Shown here piece by piece: positions 40,407 to 41,710 of a DNA stretch of 41,710 bases. Source of the stretch: a virus. The translations under genes were made by a program, and so were the position numbers. The DNA lies in the IMG/VR virus record IMGVR_UViG_3300033170_000005; one strand, 5' to 3'. Each line of letters opens with the position of its first letter. Position 1 is the first letter of the stretch. The notes under the pieces are model-generated. The model was not told the origin of the DNA. It ran no database searches and saw only the letters and a list, made by a program, of their open reading frames with translations.

Positions 40407-41419
40407 GCACGGCACTTACGAAACAAGGATATGATAGGTTGAGCGGCTTTTTGACGAAACCAGGCGTAAAAGCCGGGTTAGCGGCGGCCCTCCCGAAGCA
40501 CATGAACCCAGATAGAATCGTCCGCGTTGCCTTGACGGCGGCCGTAAAGACGCCCGCTCTATATGAGTGCGTACCGGAGAGCGTGTACGAGGCACTCCTG
40601 AACGCCTCGCAATTGGGATTAGAGCCAAATGGACGCGACGCCTACCTAGTGCCGTTCAAGGACAATCGCGCCGGCGTGATGAAGTGTCAACTGATGCCAG
40701 GGTACAAGGGTCTCGTGCAACTTGCGTATCGATCTGGTCAGATTGACTCATTCACCGCGAAGGCTGTTTACCAGAAGGATCACTTCGTTTTTCGTTATGG
40801 TCTTCACGAAGACCTCGACCATGTGCCCTGCACGGAAGACGATCCCGGCCCGCTGGTCTACGCCTGGGCGATGGTTCGATTCCGTGCTGGTGGCTATAAG
40901 TTCGTGGTGTTGAATCGCCGCGATATTGCGCGTCGCAGGGCCTGCTCGAAAACCGCAAACCGATCCGACTCTCCGTGGTCTACCCACCCCGAGGCGATGT
41001 GGGCGAAGTCGGCGGTCCATGAACTCGCTAAATGGATTCCACAGACTCCTGAATTCCAGTCATTTACCGACGCGGTCCAAATGAGCGATGACGCGGAATT
41101 TGGAACGCCAGACAGCATCACCATCGACGCGCCATCACAAGTAACCGCAAGCGATCGTCTCGCGGCTGAACTCGGCGGCGAGCCGCAATCCGAACCGATC
41201 GACAATCCCTGGCTACCCGAGGAAGTCGAGGCGTACATCGAAACGGCCAAGGCGGAACTTCCCGGCATGACCTCGCTCATCGACGTGGACCGGCTTTGGG
41301 CCACGAGCAAGAACGGTGCATTGCTCCCGCCGGCGGAACGTGCCCTGGTCTTGGACCTGATCGACAAGCGGAAGGCCGCGATTCGCAACGCACGCGGAGA
41401 ACGGAGTAACGGAGCGTAA
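40403..41419 (+). CDS. recT: RecT-family single-strand annealing protein
   Basis: ALLNASQLGLEPNGRDAYLVPFKD...QLMPGYKGLVQLAYRSGQI...FVFRYG...YAWA matches the RecT pattern. ATG 40403 overlaps the exonuclease stop (ATGA). Confidence 0.85.
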   Translation: MSTALTKQGYDRLSGFLTKPGVKAGLAAALPKHMNPDRIVRVALTAAVKTPALYECVPESVYEALLNASQLGLEPNGRDAYLVPFKDNRAGVMKCQLMPGYKGLVQLAYRSGQIDSFTAKAVYQKDHFVFRYGLHEDLDHVPCTEDDPGPLVYAWAMVRFRAGGYKFVVLNRRDIARRRACSKTANRSDSPWSTHPEAMWAKSAVHELAKWIPQTPEFQSFTDAVQMSDDAEFGTPDSITIDAPSQVTASDRLAAELGGEPQSEPIDNPWLPEEVEAYIETAKAELPGMTSLIDVDRLWATSKNGALLPPAERALVLDLIDKRKAAIRNARGERSNGA

Positions 41420-41445
41420 ACGGTCGATGCCGGGAACTGGAGACC

Positions 41446-41710
41446 ATGGCGTTGCAGTCAGCCCATCGCGGCGAAAGTCTACGCAAGGACGCCGAGACGG
41501 TTGATACGGCCCTTGCCTCGCTGGTCGCCTGCCCAGACCTCTCAGTGGTCGACGGACGGCTCGTGACGGAAACCGTCCGCGGGATCACGCCGTTTGGCGA
41601 ACTTTCCGAGGGCGAGCGGTGGGCCTTGGCGCTGCGAATCGCGGCCGAGCAGGTCGGCGAGCACGGGCTGATCGTTGTGCCGCAAGAGGCGTGGGAAGGG
41701 CTCGACGCGG
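41446..41710 (+). CDS. 5' part of the junction-spanning ORF (continues at 128..231 after circularisation; about 122 aa in total)
   Basis: ATG 41446 is in frame 1, and there is no stop before the window end. The same frame continues through the repeat to TGA 229..231. Confidence 0.5.
   Translation, partial: MALQSAHRGESLRKDAETVDTALASLVACPDLSVVDGRLVTETVRGITPFGELSEGERWALALRIAAEQVGEHGLIVVPQEAWEGLDA
41584..41710. repeat. Terminal direct repeat, copy 2 (identical to 1..127)
   Basis: Direct comparison of both ends. The unit genome length is therefore 41,583 bp. Confidence 0.97.

Noticed and set aside
1-41710. cas genes, an integrase/excisionase or CI-type lysogeny module, tRNA/tmRNA genes, and a reverse transcriptase (DGR) linked to the LamG/fibre genes
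   Set aside because: No ORF shows the corresponding motifs (RuvC/HD/RRM Cas signatures, R-H-R-Y integrase, YxDD RT), and no cloverleaf-like sequence was seen in the intergenic gaps. The XRE protein alone does not establish a temperate lifestyle.

Overview
The window is one complete tailed-phage genome. The first 127 nt are identical to the last 127 nt, so the contig closes into a circle of about 41,583 bp. It is high-GC, and almost every gene is on the + strand with tight or overlapping junctions. No tRNA, rRNA, integrase or cas gene was recognised.

Gene order around the circle:
- Early genes, from a strong sigma70-like promoter at ~33.73 kb: an XRE-type HTH protein, three ParB-like genes, YqaJ exonuclease and RecT.
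- An ORF that spans the contig junction.
- An MmcB-like nuclease, a replication-organiser-like protein and RusA.
- A two-repeat CRISPR mini-array (3217..3306).
- A lysis-like cassette containing a papain-like cysteine peptidase.
- A tail-fibre/depolymerase block with LamG and beta-helix domains.
- A ParB / methyltransferase-like / radical-SAM operon.
- A lambda-like packaging and head module: GpA-type TerL, gpW-like protein, lambda-type portal, a protease-scaffold-capsid fusion and a decoration protein.
- A glycosyltransferase-like/SPASM fusion gene.
- A siphovirus-type tail module: tube, G/GT chaperone and tape measure.
- A poly-Ser protein followed by a GT25-sulfotransferase fusion and a GT32/Caps_synth-like transferase.
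- One convergent minus-strand membrane protein.

The strongest finding is the cas-less type I-E-like mini-array (29-nt repeat, 32-nt spacer, 29-nt repeat) inside the early region. Other items worth follow-up:
- the phage-borne glycosylation/sulfation gene set;
- the ParB-MTase-rSAM operon;
- a promoter followed by three tandem intrinsic terminators upstream of duplicated ParB paralogs;
- a candidate -1 frameshift in the tail chaperone gene.

All family assignments come from motif recognition by eye and need HMM or structure searches to confirm.
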